Shown piece by piece: positions 1-10,822 of a stretch of DNA of 64,000 nucleotides. The notes beneath the pieces were generated by a model that was not told the DNA's origin, ran no database searches, and saw nothing but the letters and a program-made list of their open reading frames with translations. Every line of letters begins with the position of its first letter. Within the stretch, counting starts at the first letter, position 1. Source of the stretch: Mantamonas sphyraenae STR306. Its lineage: Eukaryota > Protista > CRuMs. Made by a program: the position numbers and the translations under genes. The stretch lies in assembly GCA_026936335.1 (NCBI GenBank), contig JAPMXV010000010.1, positions 124,001 through 188,000 on the forward strand. Direction: 5' to 3'.

Positions 1-23
1 CGATCCTGAACATTCTGATCCAG

Positions 24-1118
24 CCGTCGAACCATTTGGACCAGGAGGCTGTGGTGTGGCTGGAGGAGTACCTGAGCAAGTACAAGCACATCCTGGTGAT
101 TGTGTCGCACTCGCAGGATTTCCTGGACGGAGTGTGCACAAACATCATCCACCTGCACAACAAGAAGCTGATCCCGTACGGTGGCAACTATTCGTCGTTT
201 GTGCGCACGCGTTCGGAGCAGGAGGAGAACCAGATGAAGCGGTACGAGAAGGAGCAGGCGGACATCCAGGACATGAAGGACTATGTGGCACGATTCGGTC
301 ACGGAACGGCCAAGCTGGCCAAGCAGGGCAAGTCCAAGGAGAAGCTGCTGAACAAGATGCTGGAGGCGGGTCTGACGGAAAAGGTGGTGCGTGACAAGGC
401 GATCAACGTCAAGTTCCCTGATCCGGGCACGTTGAACGGCCCCATTGTGCAGGTGCACGACCTTGCGTTTGGCTACCCGAACGCAGACTTGCTCTACGCC
501 AACGTGAACCTGAGTGTGGATCTCAACTCGCGCGTGTGCATTGTGGGCAACAACGGCACGGGCAAGAGTACGTTGCTGAAGCTGATTGTGGGCGATCTGG
601 AGCCCACGGATGGCATGATCAAACTGCACAGCCATCTGCGCTTCGGTCGCTTCCACCAGCATCTGACGGAACAGCTGGACCCGGAGATGAATGCGCTGGA
701 TCACATGCTGCAGAAGTTTCCCAACGAGTTGAACAAGACCAACGTGCGTTCGGCGGTGGGTCGCTATGGCCTCAGCGGCGACCATCAGCTGATGCCCATC
801 AAGCAGCTGAGCGACGGTCTCAAGTCGCGTCTGGTGTTTGCGGAACTGGCCATGACGGCGCCGCACATTCTGGTGTTGGACGAACCCACCAACTTCTTGG
901 ACATGGAAACCATCGACGCCCTGGCCGATGGCATCAACGAGTTCAAGGGCGGCCTGCTGATGGTTAGCCACGACTTCCGCCTCATCTCCCAGGTGGCCGA
1001 TACCCTGTGGGTCACTGCAGACAACAAGGTCACCATCTACGACGGCGACATTGGCGAGTACAAGGAGACTCTGCGCCAGGCCATCCTGGCAGACGAGAAC
1101 AAGTGGTCGAACGAGTGA
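24..1118 (+). CDS. ABCF2: ABC-F family ATPase (ABCF2/Arb1-like), 3' part; the gene begins upstream of the window
   Basis: PSNHLD (end of NBD1) follows a probable intron acceptor (ctgatccag, 1-23). Then YGGNYSSF linker, Walker A GNNGTGKST, ABCF2-type signature LSDGLKSR, Walker B ILVLDEPTNFLD, H-loop VSHDFR. Confidence 0.92.
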   Translation, partial: PSNHLDQEAVVWLEEYLSKYKHILVIVSHSQDFLDGVCTNIIHLHNKKLIPYGGNYSSFVRTRSEQEENQMKRYEKEQADIQDMKDYVARFGHGTAKLAKQGKSKEKLLNKMLEAGLTEKVVRDKAINVKFPDPGTLNGPIVQVHDLAFGYPNADLLYANVNLSVDLNSRVCIVGNNGTGKSTLLKLIVGDLEPTDGMIKLHSHLRFGRFHQHLTEQLDPEMNALDHMLQKFPNELNKTNVRSAVGRYGLSGDHQLMPIKQLSDGLKSRLVFAELAMTAPHILVLDEPTNFLDMETIDALADGINEFKGGLLMVSHDFRLISQVADTLWVTADNKVTIYDGDIGEYKETLRQAILADENKWSNE

Positions 1119-1205
1119 GCACTTTGGCCAACCAACAAAGAAAGCATCCAGAAACACCAGTCTCCAGTCTGTTGTATTTCGTGGTTGGTCGGTTCCCGGT
1201 TCCGA

Positions 1206-2250
1206 TCAACGCCGCCTGCGGTTGCCTCCATTGCCTCCTCCGTTGCCACCGCCATTGTTGTTTTTGCTGACGCTGTTCCGTCTGCCGTTGCTGTTGCTGC
1301 TGCGTCCAGCGCCGCCGCTGCCTGCGGCGGGCTTCTTGTTGACGACGGTGCGGCCGGCGCGTTGTTCCTGCTGGGCTTGCTTGCGGTTGGTTTTGGTGCG
1401 TTTGATGGCTTTGGAGACGACGACAGTGCCACCCGAGGCCTTTGCGTTGACAATGGTCACTGTGAGCGCCTTCTTCTTGGGGCCACCTGCAGATGCCGTC
1501 TGCTGCGACTGCTTGCGAGCGCCGCCCGTTTTGCCTTTGGGCGCCGGCGACGTGCTCGCGCTCTTCTTTCCACCCTTGGGACTGTGGGTGGGTGTGGTGG
1601 ATGTGGGCATGGGAGGGAGGGGTACGAGGAGAGTGCAATGTACGACCAACGTGGGATGCATCACCGTGTGTGAGTGAGAGTGTGTAGAGGCACAGAGAGA
1701 GAGAGAGAGCGCGCTTTCTCGCGTCCCTCTTTTCTGCGGGGGCAAGACGGGAAAAACGCTCGCTCTCTGTGGCTCCGACCACCCAACTGACCCTGTGGGC
1801 ACAGCCTTGGCCTTGCCGGCGCGGCTGAGGGGCCTGGTGGCACTCTTGGCCACATTGCTGTTTGCCAGTGTGCTCTTCTTGTTGCTCTTGACAACCTTGG
1901 AGGCTGCGCGCGACTTGCCCGTGCTTCCCGCGCCCGGTTTGACGACACCCACGCTGGGCTTGTTCTTCTTGCCCGCGCCTGCATTGCCGCCACTCGCCAG
2001 CTTTTTGGTTTTGCCTGCGTTGGCATTGCCACCTGTGCTGCTGCTGGGTTTCTTTGCCGGTTTGGCCTTGGATGCCGCCTTCTTCTTGGCGTCCTGGTCG
2101 GCCTTGATCACGTCGTCCAGCGACTTGGTCAGCTTCACAGCAGTATCCGTCTGCAATCGGGATGCGAAAGTGTCAGTCGAACCTTTTATCCTCTCCCGAG
2201 CCGAGCAGGGAACGGGGGAACGACAAGGGGAGGGCTCGTCAACTCACCAT
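1206..2250 (-). CDS. Basic low-complexity protein with N-terminal UAP56-binding-like motif (ALYREF/CHTOP/FYTTD1-type); 3 exons
   Basis: ATG at 2250-2248, intron 2247-2151 (GTGAGT..TGCAG), intron 1791-1582 (GTCAGT..CACAG). The spliced N-terminus MTDTAVKLTKSLDDVIK resembles the SLDD(I/V)I UBM. The rest is K/G/R/N-rich with no RRM seen. Confidence 0.55.
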
Positions 2251-2372
2251 GTCTGGATGTGTGTGGGATGTGTGTGTTGGAAAACCGTTGGCGCGACGAT
2301 CGCACCTAATCACCCAACACAACCCAACTGGAACCTTTCCTTTGACAACACACATACACACACACACATAGA

Positions 2373-3372
2373 ATGACGACGACCATGAGCACAAACAACG
2401 AAGACTTGGCCGACCTGATCCGTGAGAACGACGAGCTGTTCCGCGAGCAGTTTAACCCGGAGAGCGAGACCTTCCATGGCGGAAGCACCGAGGAAGTGCC
2501 CGTGGGTAAGTGGATCATTGTCCTTGCCCCCCGTCCTCAAATGTCCCTTTTGAGGGTCACCCACAGCCACCCAGGGAGTTCAACACACGCCGGAATTCGA
2601 GGCGTTTCCGAACGTTGATCCCAGGCGGCTGTGCACGGCGAACAGTGACGTACCACTGTCGCAACCTTGCCCATGCTTTGCATGATGCACACATTGCACG
2701 CTTGATGCAGTGTGTGCGCCGTGTGCGCCGATGTGCACACGGCATGTGCGGGGAGAGCGGGTTGCGCGCCAAAAATCCGCGCGAAAACGCACAAGTGGCT
2801 CACACGGACGACACGGGTGGCGAGGAACCTCAGGCGGGCAGCGAGTGCCAGAGACCATGGATGGCCAGGAGGTGGTGGAGGAAGAGGGACCTGTGTACGT
2901 GGCATGGGGAGCGGAGTGGCAGGCGCTGATGGATCTGCGCACTCTGATGGGCGACCTGAAGAAGGCCATGAACGACCTTGTGCTCAAGGTGGACTCGACC
3001 AACAAGATGATGGCCACTCTGGAGAAGGGAGTGGCAGAGGAGAAGCTGGAGAAGGCACAAAAGGTGCTCAAGGCCCGCCAGGCCAAGCAAGCGGCAGCCG
3101 TGGAGGCGTGCAACGAGCTGGTCAACAGCATCCCTTCGGACAGCAAGTATGCTGAGGAGTATGCCACCATGCTGGCCGAGGTGGTGGATGAGGCTGAAGC
3201 TCTGCCCATGAGCCAGGAGGCCTTTTTCAACTTTTCCAAGGTCGTCAAGAGCCACACCACCAAGATTGTGCGCGATCAGAAGGACCTGCTGGCCGATATC
3301 AAGGCCGTCAAGAAGGATGTGGAGGAGAGGATTGCTGCTGGCGAGGAGATCGAGGGAGTGGAGACCATGTGA
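2373..3372 (+). CDS. Hypothetical acidic coiled-coil protein; 2 exons
   Basis: Exon 1 runs to 2505, intron 2506-2833 (GTAAGT..CTCAG) joins ...EEVPVG/GQRVPETMD... in frame. The C-terminal part is helical and heptad-like. Start is 2373 or 2385. Confidence 0.7.
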
Positions 3373-3434
3373 ATGAATGAGGATTGGGATTGGATTGTTG
3401 CCAAATTCCGGCGGCGGCGCCTGTTCACATTTGC

Positions 3435-4307
3435 TCAGAATTTTCCGTCACGGAACTCCTGGTAGGCCTGTTCCACCTCTTCCCAGGTGTTCATGACAAA
3501 GAGACCGCCAGCGGCAATGGGTTCGCCAATGGAAGAGCCTGCGACGACGACGGCGCGGGCGTGGTGTGTGGAGCTGCTGTTGTGAAGAGAGACGGCGTCG
3601 GCTTGGGTGTCCAACAGAGCCAATTGGTCCTTGTGGACGTGTTGGTCGGACACCAGCGTGCCATCGCCTTGAACGACGTAGACAAAGGCGGTGTCATAGG
3701 CAGCGGACACGGGCACGTCCACAGCGGTGCCGGGTGCCATGTTCAGGTCAAAGTAGAGGATGGGAACGATGGTTTGGTCCATGTTCAACGCACCCTCCAC
3801 TTTGTCCCAGACCCCAGCCAGGATTCGTGCGGTGACGCCTGCAACAGGCTCCAACCCCACTACAGCCTCGGGCGACACGTCCACCCAACACGCAGGGTTC
3901 GACTTGTGCGACTTGGGCAGATTGATCCACAGTTGCAGGCCTTCGTTGACGCCCTGTGTGCTGCCTGCGGTTTCCGAGTGGACGATTCCGCCTGCGGCAA
4001 CCATCAGCTGGGCTCCGCCGGGCAAAACCGTGCCCTTGTTTCCGCGGTTGTCCTCATGCGTCACTCCGCCTTGAAGCACATACGTGAGCGTGCTGAAACC
4101 GCGGTGCGGATGCATCGGAAATCCGTTGGGGTGGTGGAAGGAGAAGCGGTCGAGGAGGAGAAAAGGGTCCAGATCGTGGTTGCCCCTAATCCCCACACTC
4201 CGCTTGACCATCGCCCCTGACCCCTCTTGCTTTTCCTGCGCCGTCACCAGCCGAGTGACCGCACGTGACGTGTCCTTTGTGGCCAGAGACCGTGTCCGGA
4301 CAAACAT
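3435..4307 (-). CDS. Pirin family (bicupin, Fe-binding) protein
   Basis: LDPFLLLD, GFPMHPHRGFSTLTY, HEDNRG, AGGIVHSE, GLQLWINLP, IGEPIAAGGLFVMNT. True start is the ATG at 4307; the rest of the long ORF to 6596 is antisense shadow. Confidence 0.93.
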   Translation of the reverse strand: MFVRTRSLATKDTSRAVTRLVTAQEKQEGSGAMVKRSVGIRGNHDLDPFLLLDRFSFHHPNGFPMHPHRGFSTLTYVLQGGVTHEDNRGNKGTVLPGGAQLMVAAGGIVHSETAGSTQGVNEGLQLWINLPKSHKSNPACWVDVSPEAVVGLEPVAGVTARILAGVWDKVEGALNMDQTIVPILYFDLNMAPGTAVDVPVSAAYDTAFVYVVQGDGTLVSDQHVHKDQLALLDTQADAVSLHNSSSTHHARAVVVAGSSIGEPIAAGGLFVMNTWEEVEQAYQEFRDGKF

Positions 4308-4370
4308 TGCCGAAAAATTTGACGGATGCTGCTGCTCCCGCCTGCGCAGGTGGAACCATCCTTCCTGAAA

Positions 4371-7286
4371 ATGAGCAGCAGCAGTAGCAGCAGTGGTGGG
4401 AAGGTGCGCAAGGCAGCACGGCTGGGCCATCGTAAGTTTGAGCACAGCGTGCCAATGGTGTCGCTTCCGTCGCACCCGTCGAGCGACGAGCACCACGACC
4501 GGCTGTTGCAGAACATTCGCGAGTCGGTGGTGGGCCACAACGCAACCTTCCTGGGGCCGTACGGACGACGTCAGATTGTGTACACGGACTACACGGCGTC
4601 GGGCAAACCACTGGGCTTCATTGAGGACTATCTGCGTGAGCGGGTGATGCCATTCTACGCCAACACGCACACCACCACGTCGGTGTGCGGCATCCAAACC
4701 TCGTTCTTCCGCCAGGAAGCACGGACCATCATCAAACAGGCGGTGAATGCGGGTGAGAAGGACGCGCTGATCTTTGCAGGCAGTGGGGCCACTGGGGCCT
4801 TGAATGCCCTTGTGCACGGCCTCCAGCTGGACCTGTACGCGGAAGCCAATCCGCAGCGTCCGGCTGTGGTCTTTGTGTCGCCGTACGAACACCATTCCAA
4901 CCTGTTGCCGTGGAGAGAGGCACCTGTCAAGGTGGTGGTCATCCGTGAGGATGCAAATGGTGCGTTGGATCTGGGCCATCTGGAGGAGGAGCTGCAAGCG
5001 CATGCCGGGGAACATCCGCTGCTGGTGGGCAGTTTTGCAGCCGCCAGCAACATCACGGGATTGTTGGTGGACACCGATGCAGTGTCTGTGCTCATGCACA
5101 CCTACGGCGGCATTGTGGCGTTTGACTATGCCAGTGCGGGGCCGTACGTGGAGTTGGACATTAATCCGAAGCAGGAGAACGCACACAAGGACGCCATCAT
5201 TGTGGCCACCCACAAGTTTGTGGGCGGACCGGGCACCCCGGGCATTTTGGTGTTCAAAAAGGCCATCTGGCGCAAGGATGGATTGCCACACGCACCGGGT
5301 GGAGGAACGGTGTTCTTTGTCCATCCCAAGGGCCACCAGTACCTGCAGGATGTGGAGGAGCGTGAGGAGGGAGGCACCCCTGACATCATTGGTTCCGTGC
5401 GTGCGGGTCTGGTCTTTCAACTCAAGCGAGCCATCTCTGCAGCGCGCATCGAGGAGTTGGAAACCGCGTTGTATCTGCGTGCCGTGGAAAGGTTTGCACG
5501 GGAGGACAACGTGGTGCTGTTGGGTCCGCATGACGCAGACACACCTCGGTTGCCCATCCTGTCGGTGATGGTGACCCACGCCAGCGGACGCTATCTGCAT
5601 TGCCACGTTGTGGCAGCCATCCTGAACGACGTCTTTGGCATCCAGGCTCGTTCGGGCTGCCTGTGTGCCGGTCCTTACGCACAATCCCTGCTGGGCATTG
5701 ACGACGACCTGGCCATGGCTTACGAGATGGCCCTGCAGGAGGATGTGCGTCTCGATCGCGACGCCATCCGACGTGCAGACGAAGGCATGCATGAGCTCCT
5801 GCGTCCGGGTGTCCTGCGCTTCAACCTGCCCTTTTTCATGACAGAAGCGCAGGTCGACTTTGTGCTCGAGGCCGTGTGCATGGTTGCACGCCACGGCGCG
5901 TCCCTGTTGCCGCAGTACCGTCTCAACGTGGAGACCGGCGCTTGGAGACACACCAAGTACGGAAAGAAGAGTCTGATGGCTCAGCTCTGGCTGGGTGACA
6001 TCCAGTACACCGACGGATTTATGGATTGGACGGGCGGCGCAGGAGGACGCGTGGGTGGTGAGGATGACAGCGCACCGGCACCGGATGATTTCAAAGGTGT
6101 GCTCCAGGCGGCACAGGAGATCTTTGATCGGGCCGAAGCGGCCAAACGGTCGACGAGCACGGCACAGGGACTGTTTGACAAGGATCAGGAGGCGTTGCGG
6201 TGGTTTGTGCTGGCCCACGAGGTCAACGACGTCAGCGACACATGGCAGGCGCCGTTCCGACACAAGGACTATAACGGGACGACGACAACAGAGACAAGCG
6301 TGGAGGTGGAGGTGGAGGTGGATGTGACGCAACAAGACGACGACGGTGAGCAACTGGGCAATGCGGGAGACAACAGCACAGCAGAGAAGGAGGAGGAGAA
6401 GGAGGAGGAGGAGGAGCAGGAGCAGGAGGAAGGGTTGGATCCAAAGACTCTGTGGAAGTGGAAGGCGCCACCAAAGCCACTGGTGAAGAGTGTGATGACA
6501 GCGCTGATGGAGTTTGACATGCTGGAGGACGGTGATTGCGTGATGTTGGGCATCAGCGGTGGCAAAGATAGCCTGTCCATGTTGCACATCATGCACCAGT
6601 GCATGTACAACCTGCGCTCACGAGGCATCAACATTGAGCTGGCGGCAGTGACGGTGAATCCAGAGACTGAGGCGTACGACCCGTCGCCGTTGATTCCCTA
6701 CATGGAGGCGCTGGGCATCCCGTACTTCTTTGAGAGCCAGAACATCCTGCAGAGTGCAGGAGTGGCAGACGCAAGCTCCATCTGCTCGTACTGTTCACGC
6801 ATGAAGCGAGGGCGTCTGTACCATGCCATGCGACGAGAGGGGTACAACGTGCTTGCCCTGGGGCAGCATCTTGACGACGCGGCCGAAAGCACCATGATGG
6901 GGCTGTTCCACAATGGCGTGTTGCGTTCGATGAAGGCAGCGTACGAGGTGGGAGACGGTGACCTGCGTGTGATCCGCCCTCTGATCCTGACGCGAGAGAA
7001 CGACCTGCGCACGTTTGCACACAACGCCAAGCTGCCTGTGATCAACGAAAACTGTCCGGCATGCTTCGAAGCACCCAAGGAGCGACAGCGCATGAAGCAG
7101 CTGCTGGCAGCAAACGAAGTGTTGTTTCCGCAGCTGTTTCACCACATTGCGAGTGCCATCCGGCCTCTGATGCGGATTCGCAGCACAGGCATGGAGAACA
7201 AGGAGAGCATGGATGCCTTCTTTGCAACTCTGGTGGGCACGGAAGAGGCCAAGAAGATGCTGGGTGGCGATGAGGATGAAGAGTGA
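4371..7286 (+). CDS. Fusion: class-V PLP aminotransferase (SufS-type cysteine desulfurase-like) + TtcA-like PP-loop tRNA thiolase
   Basis: N-terminal half: YTDYTASG, YANTHT, EHHSNLLPWRE, ATHKFVGGPG (PLP Lys), EEGGTP, RSGCLCAG (persulfide Cys). C-terminal part: ISGGKDS (PP-loop), CSYCSRMKRGRLY, GQHLDD, VIRPL, CPAC. Confidence 0.88.
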   Translation: MSSSSSSSGGKVRKAARLGHRKFEHSVPMVSLPSHPSSDEHHDRLLQNIRESVVGHNATFLGPYGRRQIVYTDYTASGKPLGFIEDYLRERVMPFYANTHTTTSVCGIQTSFFRQEARTIIKQAVNAGEKDALIFAGSGATGALNALVHGLQLDLYAEANPQRPAVVFVSPYEHHSNLLPWREAPVKVVVIREDANGALDLGHLEEELQAHAGEHPLLVGSFAAASNITGLLVDTDAVSVLMHTYGGIVAFDYASAGPYVELDINPKQENAHKDAIIVATHKFVGGPGTPGILVFKKAIWRKDGLPHAPGGGTVFFVHPKGHQYLQDVEEREEGGTPDIIGSVRAGLVFQLKRAISAARIEELETALYLRAVERFAREDNVVLLGPHDADTPRLPILSVMVTHASGRYLHCHVVAAILNDVFGIQARSGCLCAGPYAQSLLGIDDDLAMAYEMALQEDVRLDRDAIRRADEGMHELLRPGVLRFNLPFFMTEAQVDFVLEAVCMVARHGASLLPQYRLNVETGAWRHTKYGKKSLMAQLWLGDIQYTDGFMDWTGGAGGRVGGEDDSAPAPDDFKGVLQAAQEIFDRAEAAKRSTSTAQGLFDKDQEALRWFVLAHEVNDVSDTWQAPFRHKDYNGTTTTETSVEVEVEVDVTQQDDDGEQLGNAGDNSTAEKEEEKEEEEEQEQEEGLDPKTLWKWKAPPKPLVKSVMTALMEFDMLEDGDCVMLGISGGKDSLSMLHIMHQCMYNLRSRGINIELAAVTVNPETEAYDPSPLIPYMEALGIPYFFESQNILQSAGVADASSICSYCSRMKRGRLYHAMRREGYNVLALGQHLDDAAESTMMGLFHNGVLRSMKAAYEVGDGDLRVIRPLILTRENDLRTFAHNAKLPVINENCPACFEAPKERQRMKQLLAANEVLFPQLFHHIASAIRPLMRIRSTGMENKESMDAFFATLVGTEEAKKMLGGDEDEE

Positions 7287-7438
7287 TGGGGGGTGGTGCT
7301 GTGCGATGGGGGAATCAAAACAAATCTGGATGTCCACTCTGTTGGAAGTGCCGAGTGACGGAGGGCGCAAGGGGCATGCAAATTATACACGCGTGTTGAT
7401 GTCGGGCATTCGACAGGCGGTAAGTGGATGGCGGGCGT

Positions 7439-7464
7439 TGTGTGTGTGTGTGTGTGTGTGTGTG
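7439..7464. repeat. (TG)n microsatellite just upstream of the PIPK ATG
   Basis: Direct reading. Confidence 0.95.
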
Positions 7465-7469
7465 CATGG

Positions 7470-7736
7470 ATGGAGACGCTGACTCGTGCGCAGTTTGAAC
7501 GCTCCGTGGACGAGGGGAGCGAGGAGGAAGAGGAAGGGGAGACTCGGACACAGGAAGACACACAAGCTCAGGAGTGGGAGGACTCACTAAAGGACGAATA
7601 CTTTGAACAAGAAGTGAAATTCTTTGTGGAAGAGTGGGTTGTGAGCGTTTTCCCGTTATCCCTCCGGGTTCGGGTTTGCGATTCTTCCAGCCGCTGACAC
7701 GGACGGCAACACGGACGCTTAAACGGGCATGGACAT

Positions 7737-7771
<35 letters not shown>

Positions 7772-8823
7772 CGGATGAGTTTGGCAACGTGACGGGTGGA
7801 CACAAGTTTGAGTTTCTGTCTGTGGCACCACGTGCGTTCCAGTGCATGGCCCGTCGGCTGGGGCTGGACGAGGAGGAGATGGTGGAGGCACTGGCGTCGC
7901 CATCGACGACATTGAAGCGCACCAAATCGCAGGGATTGAGTCGGAGTTCGTTCTTCCTGCCACCAAGCCATGACTACCTGCTGAAGGGGATCCGAGAAAA
8001 CGAGTACGAATACCTGCTGGGGTCATTGCGGGACTACATAGCCTACATGATGAAGGAGCCGGACTCGTTGCTAAGTGTTGTGTTGGGGTTGTACCGTGTG
8101 CGCAGCAGGCGTGGTCGCATTGTGGAGTACTACGTGGCGATGCGTTCTGTGTTTATGCCGGGCTTTGCGTTGAAGCAGAGGTACGACCTCAAGGGCGCCA
8201 GTGAGGGACGCACGGTGCCAGAGAGCAAGCGCAAGGATCCCAGCTTCACGTTGAGGGACAATGAGTTTCGTGAAGAGGTGGGCAGCCTGCAGGTGAGCCC
8301 GCGTGTGCGCACACGGATGCTGGAGCAGCTGGAAAAGGACACGGCGTACCTGGAGGCACACAACATCATGGATTATTCACTGTTGATTGGCATTGTGCAT
8401 TCGGAGGACGTCAAGGCGAGTCTGAACGACGCCACGAAGTTGCACTTTGAACACGGGGTGCTGCGTGCACACACGGGCGTCTCTGAGGACCTGGATGGCA
8501 GCGAGGATGTGCCTGTGGAGGGGAACTTGTACATGGTGGGCATCATTGACATCCTGCAGGAGTACACTTCGGCCAAGGCCACCGAGTATGCCCTGAAGAG
8601 CATGACCGGAAACCCGGACACCCTGTGTGTCAATCCACCGGACAAGTATCGAACTCGCTTCATGGCCATGATGCGTGATGAGGTGTTTCCCGAGGCACTG
8701 CTCCATGCAGGCGGCGAGAGCGTGGGTGGTGGTGCTGCGGACGACGGGGAGTACGCAGACACATCGGAAGCAGAGCGGGGAGAGGAGGAGGAGGAGGGGA
8801 GGGAGGAGGACAATGCACAGTGA
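7470..8823 (+). CDS. Phosphatidylinositol-phosphate kinase (PIP5K/PIP4K family); 2 exons
   Basis: Intron 7634-7769 (GTGGGT..(CA)nCAG). Motifs YLLK, RYDLKGA, IMDYSLLIGI, GIIDILQEY, PDKYRTRF. Confidence 0.88.
7738..7768. repeat. (CA)n microsatellite abutting an intron 3' splice site
   Basis: Direct reading; the repeat ends in the acceptor CAG. Confidence 0.95.
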
Positions 8824-8898
8824 TGAGCGAGAGGGATGGACCCATCAGGAACCATGGTGCCGCTGTGACAACCACCTAAAACCCGGAAACACAGCACG

Positions 8899-10793
8899 AT
8901 GTCGTCGTCTTCAGCCGAGCTGGAATCGGTTGCCCTGGACGATGACATGTCGACGTCCACGAGGGAGGAAGATAGCAAGGCGGAGGCATTGGCAGCGAAG
9001 AAGGCAAAGATGGCGTCGGGCAAGAGCAATCTGCCCTACGTGTACCTGTCGGTGTTTGTCGACGGCGCAGGGCTGGCCCTCATCAGCCCGCTGCTGCCGG
9101 TCTTTGCCAAAAACTTCAACGCCACGGCGCTGGAGCTGGGTATCCTGTTCAGTGGATATCCGCTGTGCCAGGTGGCCGCTTTCACCATCATGGGCAAGTT
9201 CAGCGACAAGTACGGCCGCCGTCCGGCGCTGCTCATCTCCATCGCAGGCTCCACCATCGGCTTCCTCCTCCAATCTCTGTCCAACACCATGCTCGATTTG
9301 ACCCTCGCACGCGCTGCCACCGGTACGTCCTTTCCTCCCGTTGCCACCTGTGCCTCGTCCGTCCAGATCCCGAGCCGTGGGGACCGGAGGTCGCATTTCA
9401 AAAATCCGGAATCGCTGCTGGAACGCACACTTTTCGGCGCCCGAGAGCAAAACTCGCTCTGCGTCGTTGAAGCGGAGCAGGGCCGCGCTAACACGCTTTT
9501 CTCCGTGCGTGTTGGAACACAGGTTTGTTCGGAGGCTCTGTACCCATTGCCATGGGTCTGATCAGCGACGTAGCAGAGCCGGAGGAACGTCCGCGGCTGA
9601 TTGCTCTCGTGGGAACGACGATGTCGCTCTCGTTCCTGTTTTCACCGGCCATCTCGTCGGGTCTGGCTGTGTTTGGTCTGCAGGTGCCCATGTATGTGGC
9701 CACATGCCTGGCTTTTGGCGGCTGGATGGTGACCTGGGCCAAGGTGAAGGAGACGAACAAGGCGGTGCTGCGCAACGGCAGCAGCAGCAGCAGCAGCAGC
9801 AGCAAATCGGACGGAGTCGATGCGTCGGATGTCACCCTGGAAGAAGGCAAGGGCAAGGGCAAGGGCAAGGGAGTGGCTGCGGGTGATGATGATGACGACG
9901 ACGACGAGAGTGAGGGCCAGGAGAAGGAAGTGACGGTGGATGACCCGTTGCAGGGTCGTCGCAGTTTGATCCTGCTGCTGTGCTTTGCAGGCTTCTGCAT
10001 GATGGTCAACTTCATCACGTACATGTCCATGTATGGGTTCTACACAATCCAACGGTTTGGATTCGGGTCGCTGGAGATGGGCTTCCTGCTGAGCGGCTCT
10101 GCGCTGAGCATTGCGCTGACCCAGTCGTTCCTGTACCCTGTGTTGGTGCGCAAGTATGGCAAGCATGCGGTGGGCATCCTGGGAGGCTTCATGCTGGGTG
10201 TGAGCACGCTGCTGATGACACTTCCGCAGCAGTTTGGCCCTGCCGTGCCCATCCTGGTGGCCAACATGACCGGCTTTTCCTTCCTCAGCCCTTCCATCGC
10301 CTCCATCCTGGCTCGCTACGCACCCACGGGACAGACGGGCAAGGTGTTGGGCATGAATGAGAGCGCAGGTGCGCTTGCACGCGTGCTGGGCCCTCCGCTG
10401 TCGGGCCTCATTTTCGATGTCAATCCAGACGCCACTTTCTACTTTTCCGGCGCCTTTGCCCTGCTGGCCGGCATCATCATGGCCGTGGTGTTGTACCTCA
10501 ACAAGTCGGTGAAGAGCAGTCTGCTGAACACGGCAGCCGAGTCTGATCTGCGTGCCACTATGACCGGCACCGAACTGCTGGACATGCAATTGGGTGCAAT
10601 CGACGCGTCGGATCGCAACGAAACCCTGCAGGCGGCAGGCAAGGCAGTGTACACTCTGCTGCTGGAACGTGGCTTTGAGGTGGAGAGCGCCGACGACGTG
10701 GAGGCCATCGTGGCCAAGTATGTGCCCGACCGCCGTGCCAGCCTCAGTGCCGATGAGGATGTGACCAAGGTGGAGATGGGCGGAGTGGCGTGA
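8899..10793 (+). CDS. MFS transporter (DHA1/TetA-like); 2 exons
   Basis: Motif A GKFSDKYGRRP. Intron 9323-9522 (GTACGT..CACAG) gives ARAATG/LFGGS. About 12 hydrophobic segments; LARVLGP. Confidence 0.9.
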
Positions 10794-10822
10794 TGACACA
10801 CACGAACGCCCTGGGCAACCCA

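Noticed and set aside
4308-6596. N-terminal ~760 aa of the 1053-aa minus-strand ORF
   Set aside because: Antisense shadow of the desulfurase gene; only the last 290 aa (pirin) have protein motifs.
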